From positions 55,407,224-55,471,223 of the forward strand of contig NC_068996.1 of assembly GCF_001194135.2 (NCBI RefSeq): a stretch of 64,000 nt of DNA, read 5' to 3'. This document shows, one piece after another, positions 1-11,729 of the stretch. The first letter of the stretch is position 1. Every line of letters begins with the position of its first letter. The translations under genes were made by a program, and so were the position numbers. The notes under the pieces were generated by a model. That model was not told where the DNA came from. It searched no databases and saw only the letters and a program-made list of their open reading frames with translations. The DNA comes from Octopus bimaculoides. Lineage: Eukaryota.

Positions 1-444
1 ATAGGGCTCTTAATTGTAGATTTTAAATATTTGAGAGACAACAATGCATAAATCGTAATTTTTAAAAGAGCAATGAATTCTGGGTGATTAGAATATAACG
101 TAGCATGAATTTAGGAAGCTTAGAAAATGAATAAGCATGAATTTAAGACAACAACTGAATTCAATTGAATTCATGGAGAGAAACAAGATAAATAATAGGG
201 GGCAAAACTAAAGCGCGAAGGTATTATGAGATGTTTGAGGCCGTAAATAAATAAAAAAATCTCTATCTTATCTGCATCTTGGGTATTTCGTCGTAGTATG
301 TCAGCGAGATAATTTAGAATCTTATCATATGTCATTTTGCCTATTCTTTTTTTACTACTCCATCTTCCCAACCTTGTCTTCCATTTTTATATATTTTGAA
401 AAACACTGTCACTGATATTAAAATCTTTGTTGTATTTTTAGTGT

Positions 445-2860
445 TTTCCCCATCATACTTGTGTAAAATCACAGCTCTGATACCACTTTCACTGGCATCT
501 GCTGCCACAACTATTTCTAAATTCAGGTCAAAATGTGATAATGTTAATTCCGACATTAAGATATTTTTAATTTCTTCAAAGACATTTTGGCATTTGTCTG
601 ACCAGTTCCACTTAATGTCTTTTTTTAATAAGTTATTCAGGAATGCTCTTAAATTGTACATATTTGGTATGTATATCTGGTAGTAATTTGCAAGCCCCAA
701 AATGCTTGTAACATTGTAATGTTCATCAGGGGAGGGATATTTTTTATTGCAATCACCCTGGACAGGTCTGGTCTGCATTCATTTTTGTCAATAATCTGCC
801 CTAAATACTTTATTCTTGGCATTAAAAAAATTCACTTTTCTTTGCTGAGCTTAAACTCACAATTCTTTTGAAGATCTTTTTAACATGCTCAGCATGCTGA
901 CCTCAAGATTCACTTTTTATGAGCATGTTGTCAAGGTAAGCTACAGGGAAATCCAAAACCTGTGAGCATAATGTCCATAATTTGTTGGAAAATGCCAGGT
1001 GCTACCTTTATACCAAAGAGGAGTCGATTAAATTTATACAACCCTTTATGGGTATTTATTGTCAATAATTTTGAACATTCCTCATCAACTTTTACCTGCA
1101 AATATGCTTCAGATAAGTCCAGCTTTGAAAACATTTTTCTCCATTCAACTTTGCGAAAATCACTTCTGGACTTGGTAACGGATAATTATTTGGCATCAAA
1201 CATTTTTTAAATTCCATTGAGAAATCAGTGCATACTTGGATTTTATTATTTTTTTTCTTGACATAAACGAGACACCCATTTTGTGTAATTAATTTTTTCA
1301 ATAATGCCAAGCTTTTCAAGTCAATCCAATTCTTTGTTGACTTGTTTCAGTACTGTAAAAGCTACCATTCTTTTTGGTTTAAATATTGGTATAACGTTTT
1401 CTTTCGCTTGAAACTGTTTTGGTGCAAAGATCCAATTCCTCAGAAAAAACTACAGGAAAAATTTGTTTTAATTCTCTTTTAAAATTCTCCGATGCCTTAT
1501 TTGTATTGGTGGGAGAACCATTTACATTCTTAGAAAATATATTTATGGGTAGGTCCCATAAGTTAAATAGTTCCATCCAGTCTGTTCCAAATAAATTTGT
1601 CATTTTTCAACACAAAAACTTTGGCTTTCAAAGTTTTTCCAAGAAATGCAACATCACTTATTATTTTGCCCATACAATGCGATTTTTTTCCTGAAACACC
1701 TCTCACAAATTTTGAAGTTTCCTTTAATTTAGGTTTCCCTATTTTTCTCCATGTATTTGAATTAATAATCATGATATCATTGCCTGTATCCAATTGTAAC
1801 TTGATATTCACATTATTCATTTTTATGGACACAAATTTTCTTTTCTGAGCCTTGCCTAGAATTATTTTAGCAATACATTCTTTCTAGAATTTTTTTCCTT
1901 TGACCCTTTTTTCTGTTTTGCTATACAATGTGAGCTTTTATGTCCGATTTTTCCACAATCAAAACATTTATGATTTTTAAAAGGACAATTACTTTTAAAA
2001 TGTAAATCTCTGCAACTATAAGCATAGATTTGGATTAGACGTTTGTTTTTCTTTTTTCTTATCCGTTTCAGGATGACATGCGTGGATCTGAGAGCAATCT
2101 TTTTCCTCAGTTTTATCTGCGTCATGCTATAGATTTATAATCGTCTGGCATTCTTTGGCCACTGTCTGTAGAATTAATTTTTGGTCCTGTTCTAATTTTG
2201 TTAATATACAGGAATGTATAACAGCATCCTTTCTTGTTGTTAACCCTTGAACAAAAATTAGACATTTCAACAGATCTGGGGTTAATCCATTTAATTTGAA
2301 TTCTTCATACTCTCTGTTAATGACCTCAGCATAGGTGACAAAATCATCTTTTTTAATTAAATTTAAACATTACCAACAAGTATTGAACAAGGAACTTCTT
2401 TCACTGAAAATTCTTGATAATAAATTGTTTCATCGAAACAAATCTCACCTGGTTTCTTCAGCAGAATATAGTTACAGTGTTTTTTGTGTTCAGCAGAGGA
2501 TAACTTTCTTGAAAGTAGTTGCACCTTCTTCTTGTCATTCTAATTTTTACATTCTTCTTTGAAGATTTCTTCGCATCTTCTCAAATATGAAGAAAGAGTA
2601 ATTCCTTCTTTTGGGTTATAAATAAATTCTCCATTTGAATTTGCTGATGAGAATGAACCTGAAGTATTTTCAGACTTCTTCAACATTACTTCCAGTAACT
2701 GTTGCTATTGTTGTTGTTGCTGTTGTAATTGTAGTTGTAACTGCTGTTGTTGCTACCCGTGAGCCAACGAGTCTTCCATGTTAGATAAATTTTTCTTTGG
2801 TTCCATACCAAAAGAAAAAATTTAAATGCCCGACATAAGCTTTGAATATCTCGTTGCCAC
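445..2860 (-). mobile_element. Decayed Ty3/Gypsy LTR retrotransposon, gag-pol internal region, truncated within RNase H; no integrase seen
   Basis: Frameshifted minus-strand pieces in Gypsy order: gag (LLKCLIFVQGL, ~2150-2700), double CCHC knuckle (CRDLHFKSNC..CFDCGKIGHKSSHC, ~1950-2050), protease LQLDTG (1563-1832), RT FSKLDLSEAYLQ..LFGIKVAPGIFQQIM (931-1134), RNase H IVVAADASESGIRAVI (~445-780). Many stops and frameshifts. Confidence 0.92.
2849..2859 (-). promoter_or_regulatory. Putative primer-binding site of the Gypsy element
   Basis: Minus strand reads TGGCAACGAGA just upstream of gag. This is one CpG-type transition from TGGCGACGAG, the complement of the tRNA-Ser(GCU) 3' end (tRNA end recalled from knowledge, not aligned). 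Confidence 0.6.
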
Positions 2861-3942
2861 TTTTATATCCTACCATAGGTTGATATATATATAGTGGAGG
2901 TTTAATCAATGTGTTCACACAATGTACTTTGCAAGACTACCAAAATGCTCCCCCTGACTACCACCAACCTCAACCCTTTATAAGAGTTCGGCCAGTCCAT
3001 TCTCAAAACCACCAAGGGTGTCAATGACTCTCACCACAAGAATTGACCTGGAGAAACATGAAAATAAAGTTGACCTTTGTAGCATCTGAACTCAGAACAC
3101 ACATAGGAATTCTGTCCAGTTTTCTAAGAACTCTGCAAATTGACAGCTTTAGAAAAAAAGAAAGCCAAAAAGACCCCAGATGAAAATTTTTTTTTCTAAT
3201 AATTAGTATAATAAATTTTGAACTATTTGATAATCTTGATTATCTAATCAGGCAGACCAATGACCAAACTCATTCAAACCATCACAAATTCTTATTTCTA
3301 TCCATCTAGAACTAGACTATTCTATGTATCACTTCTCCTTTTCAGATGCTAAGGCATAATTTGAGGGAGTACTAGCTACTATGTCTTGTAGGTTGTGTAA
3401 ACACAGAGGCTCCTATGTTAGCTCAGTAATTCTCAGTATTATGGAAGTGGCTAAAAATATCATAACTTTTTTTCTACACAAATTGATCAAACAGGTATGA
3501 GTAGACAGTACTGATGGGGTCTAGCAAACTGAAACACTGTATCCATACTTGCTCCTTGCCTGTAAACAAAGAGCAAACTGTTTTCTTGCTAAGCTTGTAA
3601 ATTAATTTTAAATAATTAAAATTATTTGCCCTTTTCTTTGAAAGCTACTGATGCTACTAGGATTCATAAATTATGTTACTAGGATTCATTTTCTTTCTCC
3701 TACTAACAGGAAAATTTCAATTAAAATCTTTAGTACACATTGAAGAATCTGGAAAGTGGAATGGAGTCACCAAATGTGGTTACTATATCAAATTAATTTC
3801 AAAAACCAATTTAAAAACTTGGTAAATGTTAAGAGAATATTAAAATTTGTAATACACACACATCTTTATCTCTTTACAAACAAATTGGCATTTATAGGAT
3901 TCCAACATTTCGATTCTCATGCATATGTGTGTATTATATATA

Positions 3943-4193
3943 GGTATGTTGGTGCAGACAAGAAAAAAGAGCTCAAAATATGAAAATATATTTTTAGTAA
4001 TATTTTAGCAGAAACAACAGAGTGACTCAAAGTCTGAGAGTTTCATGCATAGACGATTATCAAAGTAGTTTGATAAGTGCCAATGCACAAAACCCGTGGA
4101 CCTTGAGTCACTCTGTTACTTCTGCTAAATATTAATAAAAATATACATATTCTCATATTTTGAGTTCTTTTTTCCTGTCTGCACCAACATACC
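3943..4193. mobile_element. Fold-back MITE-like element, palindromic over its whole length and TA-flanked
   Basis: GGTATGTTGGTGCAGACA..CAGAGTGACTCAA (3943-4030) is the reverse complement of TTGAGTCACTCTG..TGTCTGCACCAACATACC (4103-4193). The centre is TTATCAAA-gtag-TTTGATAA, and both ends abut TA/(TA)n. Confidence 0.8.
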
Positions 4194-4242
<49 letters not shown>

Positions 4243-4762
4243 GCCAAAACAAAGTTGTGTGTGGAATAAAATAGATTATTTTAAGAAATTAGTTTAGGTA
4301 TCAAAAGCAATGTTTCAAATAGTTCCTTATTTATTTTGAACCTCCTCCTATTTGTGGGAATCTCGGTTCAGTAAAATTCTGGTATAGGAGTAAAAAATAG
4401 GAAAAAAATAAATAAATAAAAGAAAGAAAAAATGTGGTGCCCTCCCCACTTCTCTTGGTGTCCTAAGCACATATTTTGTTTAATGGTTAATCCAGCCCTA
4501 CATGAAACATTATAAGCCAACAATCAAGACAGCAAGCCATCCAGCTTTATTATTGGGAAAACCATTAAATCTGGTATATATAGTCTTCTAAATATAATGA
4601 AAGCCTTCGTTTCATGAAATAAATAAATAAAAAGTTTGACATATTTATTTAAGTCTTGTGTATCAGGCATGAATATTTGTAAACAATAACAAAAATTGCA
4701 ATCCAAATAAAACAAATGAACCATCAGGTATTTACGAACATAGTTAGTGTCACTTTGCTATT

Positions 4763-4809
<47 letters not shown>

Positions 4810-5269
4810 CTATAGTGTTCTATAAAACATATCTATAGATTTAAGTGATGATATATATATCATCTACCTTCCAAACTGGCATAGACTGGATGGTTTGATA
4901 ATATATGATGAGCTGGTGGACTGCATCATGTTCCAGTGTCTGCTTCAGCATAGTTTCTATGGCTGAATGCCCTTTCCAATGCCAACTAACTCCTCAGCCA
5001 AAAAAGCACCTTCACTGAATGTGAGTGTAGTTGAGAGGGAGGTGAGCATCAAATTTGGCTGCAAGTACATCTTTATCCAACTTATATTAGCACAGAAAAA
5101 CAGATGTTAAAATGAACTAAGATTATGAGATTCACACACACACACACACACACAATTATCAGTTTTTGTCATGTTTCACTAAAGAGATCTAATAGGACTG
5201 AAACATACTGGTTACTTCCACCAGCTGGCTTTAATGTATAAACATCATAAAATATCTCTATGAGGTGCA

Positions 5270-5645
5270 GACATGGTTGTGTGTTAAAAGTTCCAGTTTC
5301 AATTCCACTGTGTGGTACCTTGAGCAAGTGTCTTCTACAATCATAGCCTTGGGCTGACCAAAACCTTGTGAGTAGATCTGGCAGACAGAAACTGAAAGAA
5401 ACCAGTTGTGTATATATTTATATAAGTGTGTGTGTGTGTGTCTTTGCATCTGTATTTGTCTCCTACCACCACTTGATAAATGGTGTTGGTGTTTTTGTGA
5501 ACACCATAACTTAGCAGTTCAGCGAAAGAAACTGATAGAACAAGTACCAGACTTTAAAAAATAGGCACTAGGCTCAATCCGTTCAACTAAATCTTTTCAA
5601 GGTGGTGTCCCAACATGGCCACACAGTCTTACAACTGAAACAAGA
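5270..5645 (+). mobile_element. SINE family A, older copy (tRNA-like head, CORE-like CCTTGGGCAAG, internal microsatellite, second module)
   Basis: Aligns by eye to the young copies at 5997 and 55847, with many CpG-to-TpG changes. Confidence 0.75.
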
Positions 5646-5996
5646 TAAGATAATATTTAAGTGCTCAATTGTCAACATATTGTTAAACTCCAACAATTGC
5701 TATTATTGATGGGATAAACATTTAAAATGATTGTTGAATTCAAAATATATTGAATGGTAAAAACAGAAGGAAAGAATAAATTTAACAAATAAGCCATGAT
5801 ATGATTTATTTTCTGCAGCTGTTTCAGTCTAACAATAACATCATTCATATGATTACATAATTAAAGTATTATTATTACATTGAACTGTGATGTGTCTTAT
5901 TTTCATCCTTTCTCCTTATGACATCGACACCCATCACATTATGAATGTTAATTATATAAGTAGGAGTGGCTATATATATAAGTAGGAGTGGCTATA

Positions 5997-6160
5997 GGCG
6001 TAGGAGTGGCTGTGTGGTAAGTAGCTTGCTTACCAACCACATGGTTCCAGGTTCAGTCCCACTGCGTGGCACCTTGGGCAAGTGTTTTCTACTATAGCCT
6101 CAGGCCGACCAAAGCCTTGCGAGTGGATTTGGTAGACGGAAACTGAAAGAATCCCATCGT

Positions 6161-6192
<32 letters not shown>

Positions 6193-6410
6193 GTGTGTGT
6201 ATATGTTTGTGTATCTGTGTTTGTCCCCCCAACATTGCTTGACAACCGATGCTGGTGTGTTTACGTCCCCGTAACTTAGCGGTTCGGCAAAAGAGACTGA
6301 GAGAATAAGTACTAGGCTTACAAAGAATAAGTCCTGGGGTCGATTTGCTCGACTAAAGGCGGTGCTCCAGCATGGCCGCAGTCAAATGACTGAAACAAGT
6401 AAAAGAGTAA
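5997..6410 (+). mobile_element. SINE family A, young full-length copy
   Basis: A-box-like TGGCTGTGTGG, B-box-like GGTTCAGTCCC, CCTTGGGCAAG, internal (TA)n(TG)n, and 3' module ending GACTGAAACAAGTAAAAGAGT. Near-identical to 55847-56268. Confidence 0.9.
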
Positions 6411-8629
6411 GTGTTTTTTTTATTTTGTTGAAACAGTTGTGGAAAACATGAATTATATGTAAAATTTACACTTTTCTGCCTTTTACTATTTTATATATCT
6501 ATACACACAGAAGTTGGCACATTGGTGCAAAACAAGATGGAAACTACAGTACCCACCCTATATGACATACACGAGGATATTGCTTTTACGTTTAGATTCA
6601 GAAAGCAAGTATTTACTTGAGCCACACTCTTCATGTTCATAATCAGCATCATTACACTCTCTAAATACACACACACACACACATAAATCGGTTAGTGTCG
6701 CTGAGTGCAATATACTTTGCTGAAGAGGTCTAATTAGATTGAAACATGCTGGTTACTTTGATCAGTTGGTTGTTTTAAAGACTAGATCCACTCTAATCAG
6801 CACAGGATATATTCTTCAAAAATTTCAGTCTTATTTACTGGGGTTATTTCCTTTTTTTTTTTTTTTGTCATTATTATAACACTACCAGGGGAGTTTCTAC
6901 CTATTAATTGCTTGAAAGATCTCATTTATTAAATGTTTTTCAACTCAGAGCATAACATACATGAAGCTGTACTTTAATGGATATTTACAAGTGGAACTAG
7001 AAATCGAAGACAAGCAAACAAACTAAAATTAACCCTAATAGACATTCAATTTGAAGTCCCCATCTAATAAATTTTGAATGAGTTGTCTTATACAGGTTAT
7101 GGGACCTATTAGTTTGAATACAAAACTTTTTGGAAGTGGAGATAGCAATCATAGTCAAAATTGTAACCCACAATACCAACATTATCAAGAAGACAAAAAA
7201 TTTTGTTTAAATGGTGCTTTCAGACAAAGTTCTTTGTGATATTTGTTCCACTTATGTGATACAAACACTCTCTTGTCCCTTGTTCTGTCTTAAGTACAAT
7301 GAGACAGTAATTAACTGACTGGAAACTTGTAACTAACAACATTATTGTCCAATAAATGACATAAAATAAACATATACACAACAGCAGAAAATAATGCAGG
7401 ATTACTTTTGATCATAGGTCTGCTTGTTTCATGCTGACCTGTGGCTAAACAACAACGAGGTCAAGAAATCACTCTTCCTTCAAAAGATAAAATAATGGTT
7501 TACATTCACAAATATTTCACTAAAAGAAGAATTTAAGTGCAACTCTGCAAACTAATAAAAATAAATAGATGACTGTCAGTTTATACAATCCCTCCGCCTA
7601 CTCCTTCTACAGCAGTGAGATTGGCAATCCCATCGGTGCCGCTGTTTTATATTTAGGTAAATGGAGACATGAAGAGATTTCAAGTCAAAGGTCTTTACCA
7701 GGAATGACAGGAAAACTGGCTAGTTGTTGTTTAGCCCAAGTTTTATTCAAGCTTTATCAAGCATAAGTGTTTCAGCCATGACTATCCCATCGTTTTTTAT
7801 GCTTATGAAGGACTATTTTATTTAATGCATCCTTTCATTATCCAAGATGGCAAAGTTTGATATGACGATGATTTGGCTATTGTTTCTAGCAAGCTTGAGC
7901 AATCATCTGGAATTATCTTTGCCTCTTCTGTCTGTATACAAGGCATGGCTGTGTCGTTAAAAAGGTTGCTTCCCAATCACATGATTCTGGGTTCAGTTCC
8001 ACTGCATGGCACCTTGGGCAAGTGTCTTCTACTACAGCTCTCAGCCAACTAAAACTTTGTGAATGGATGTAGTAACCAGAAATGGAAAGAAGTCTGTCAT
8101 GTGTGTGTGTCTGTTGACATCATGTGATTGTTGTAAATGGAATATCATACATTTCCAATTTTACATGAAAACATGTCCAGCCATGGGAAATTGGAAACAG
8201 GTGAGAATTGGTGACAGGAAAGACATTTGGCTGTAGACAATCTGCCTTAATAAACTTTGTCTAGTCCATACAAGTCATCATCCTCATCATTTAACGCCTG
8301 ATGTTCATGCTGGCATGGGTTGGATGGTTTCATTGGGAACTGTTGATCTTTTTCTGAATTGATGATGTCAATCACAAGTATTGACAGAAGTATCCCTGAT
8401 TTTCTGTGATGGGGCAGGATTTGAACTCAGATCACACAGTACTGGAACAGGATTCTTGTTCAATGCTCTAACAATTTGATACTCTGGTCTGGTGCTTTAT
8501 TTATTGGTCCTGATAAAATGAAAGGCAACGTTGACCTCAAAAGGATTTGAACCCCAAAATTAAGGCAGCCAGAACCAAACTATTGCAAAGTATTCTAACC
8601 AAAACTAATTATACACACACACTCAAACA

Positions 8630-8683
<54 letters not shown>

Positions 8684-9399
8684 TTTATGAACACATATGT
8701 ACATTATATATATATATATATATACATACATCAGTATAAAAAATACCTTTTTAAAATAGAAATAGTTCCTATCACCAAGATAAAACACCTTAAGCACCTT
8801 CTTAGATTTCAAAATTCTAAGAGTTGCCAAAACCAGTGTACAAGGGATAGATAAGGGGGTGGGGGAGAAATACAGGTTGAGGAATAAGATACAAAGTATG
8901 GTTCAAAACATCTCATATATCAAAAGAAAACTGATTTTGATAAAAGAATAACTTAATATTGGAATGATAAAGAATAGGCTAGAAAGAAATTGGCACAGTT
9001 ATAGATAAATTGTTGATTTTTAACTCTTCTTGTTTGTGAAGAAAGAAATGACATTCCCCACAAATAGTGAAGTGTACTCTAAGAATTCTGGTAAAGACAG
9101 ACAGGTGAAATAACTCCCGACATAAAATTTATCAAAAAGTGAAATGAGGTGGAGTGGATTTGATTTTTGGCAATAAGATGAAACTTCAGATGTTTCACAC
9201 TTATTAAACCTCATCAGCAAACCAAAGTCTAAAATTTACTGCCAGACCTGAGAAATATAAGGTATATTCATTTTTTGACAGCCGTTTTACCATGCTAGCA
9301 TGGGTTAGATGAATGTATTATTGAAGCATTGTTTTACAGCTATATGCCCTTCCTGTCACCAACCATTACCTGCTTTCCAAGTAATGGATCTCTTATTCT

Positions 9400-9672
9400 A
9401 CATGTATATGAAGGCACAGAACAGGCACAAGATTTGTTGATGAGAAACAGCAACAGTATCACTGCTTGAAGTTCAGTGATTTTCAGAGAAGTGTAAAAGT
9501 AAACAAATACGTGCACATATATTTGCACACACACACACAGGTTTCTTTCAGTTTCTATCGTGAGGCTTTGTTTGGGCTGGGACTGTAGTAGAAGACATAT
9601 GTCCAAGGTACAGAACAGTGGAACTGAAACTGAGACTACATGGTTAGGAAGCGAACTTAACCACACAGCCAC
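9400..9672 (-). mobile_element. SINE family A head, degenerate
   Basis: Reverse complement matches the family A head (GTGGCTGTGTGGTTAAG..TAGTCTCAGTTTCAG). Confidence 0.65.
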
Positions 9673-10244
9673 CTCTCTGCCTATATAAAGATTTTAATGA
9701 ATAAACATTAATTAGTGTTATAACTTTAAAAAAAAGAGGGGGAGAGATGGATATCTAACAATACCTGCTGTGTGAAAAACAAGTGGACTTTAATGTAGAT
9801 AATTAATTAAAAATCATATCTGTATGCTGAAATAACATTGTTATCTAAACAATTCAATTATAGTAAAAAAAGGAAGGGGAAATAACTCTGGTATTTAAAT
9901 TAAAGTAATTGAAAACAATGTAGCAGAAAATGAGTCTGACAATGAAGATCTGTCTGCCTGTCTGTCAATGCTACTGCAACAAGCTAGCAAATATACCACC
10001 AACTCTGTTTTGATAAGTTAACAAGGTAACCTATACATGGTCACTTAATGCACAAGAAATAGGAGCCAAATTTTCATATTCTACCTCCTTAAAGAGAGAG
10101 AAGAGTATATATTAAATAAAGCAGTCTCACTGAGTCTGAATAAAAGATGGAACAGTCATGACTGGACTGCTTGTAATCATGGTGGACTTGGAGCTAAACA
10201 GCAGTGACCATACAGAGCATCAACTACCACCAACAACAACATTG

Positions 10245-11300
10245 AATACAGTGATAAATTTAGTGTGCAGGTAGGAGTTCAAAGATTGGTTCTCAGCCCC
10301 CTCTTGTTTATCATAGTCCTCCAGGCTACAACTGAGGAATTTAAGACTGGTTTCCTTTGAGAGCTCCTTCATGCTGATGACCTTATTCTTATAGCTGAAT
10401 CATTACCAGAAGTAGAGAAGAAATTTCAGGTGTGGAAGCAAGGTCTGGAATCAAAGAGCCTTGGAGTCAAATTAACCAAAAACCAAAGAATGGAAATTAA
10501 CCAAAGACCAAAGCTGGAAAGCAGAGAAATTACTAATCCTTTCAGAGAGATGGCTCTGCTTGATATGTAGAAAAGCTGTAAGTAGAGATTCCATAAGGTG
10601 TGCCCAGTGTAAGCTATGGACACATAAGATGTGCAGCAGTATCATGAAAAGATTAAGAAAGAAAGTAGTCTTTGTATGTGGTAGATGTGCAGGTACAATA
10701 AGCACTAAGAATGTACAGGTAATAAATTTCCTCAAATGTCCAGGAGGATCCTTATAGATAGTAGATAGTTTTCATTACCTAGATTACCAAATTAGAATGG
10801 TGGAGGTTGCTCTGAAAGCATAGTTACTAGAATAAAAACCTGCTAGGCAAAGCTCTGAGAGCTGTTACCTTTGTTGGTAAGATAGTGCTTTTCCCTCAGA
10901 GTGAAAGGCAGATGGAATGGTGCCTGTGCTTGGACAGCTATGTTACATGGTAATGAAAACATAAGCTGTGACTGCAGAGAACATGCAAAGGTTTGAAAGA
11001 AGTGAAGCCAACATGCTCTGCTGAATGTGCAATGTCAGTGTGCATTTATGACAAGGTGTAAATGTTTTGAGAGAAAAATTGTGCGTATTAGGTGTAGTGT
11101 GCAAGAGGGAAAACTGTGTTGGTCATGTGATGCATATGGAAGAGGACAGCTTCATAAAGAAGTACTGACTGCTAAATGTGAAGGCAATGTGTGAAAGAGG
11201 AAGACCCAGGAAGATGTGAAATGAAGTAGTGAGAAATGATATTGAGGCTGACAGATGACAAATGACCAAGATAACTGGCAATTTGGTGTGCTTGAGAAGT
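10245..11300 (+). mobile_element. RTE-type LINE, 5'-truncated and decayed RT C-terminal region
   Basis: LSPLLFIIVLQA..ELLHADDLILIAES (YADD-like), a C4HC3 finger (CLICRKAVSRDSIRCAQCKLWTHKMC..CGRC), FHYL, and a C-terminal GRPRK-like segment. Stops and frameshifts throughout. Confidence 0.88.
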
Positions 11301-11729
11301 TCTGTTAGATAAAATCCATGTCTGTGATGCTTCCCTCACCACAACCCACCCATGTTCATTAGATACATATGAGAGAGAAAAAAATAAATGAATTTGAAAA
11401 TGTTTAGAGAATATATGGATTTCTCATTTAATATTCAAAAGTGTATGTAAGGTAGAACTGTGTCACAAATTGTGTCCTTTCTGGCTGTTCTAAAAATTGT
11501 TTGTTTTCATAGAAAGAATATGGCTCTAAATGCTATTAGTTAATATACAAATTGATTGACTTAGGATGGTCACATGATGTGATAAGGGAATTTTCTGTCA
11601 GTATTCTGCTAGGTTCATCCGTTGAGGTTATGTGAAAGCCATTTGAAAAGGTAATGTCAACACTTTTGTTCAGTGGTTATGTCATGGTATTCATGGTAAA
11701 AGACAAATTGTATACTATTGACGTCATTA

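Noticed and set aside
171-445. Short ORF beyond the Gypsy breakpoint
   Set aside because: It is not integrase-like and I cannot recognise it, so there is too little to call.
7570-7660. GTDGIANL resembling PPP4R4 GTSVIANL
   Set aside because: It lacks the preceding GQ.VQ and following LP..RV.PK motifs, hits a stop, and has a purine-rich acceptor.
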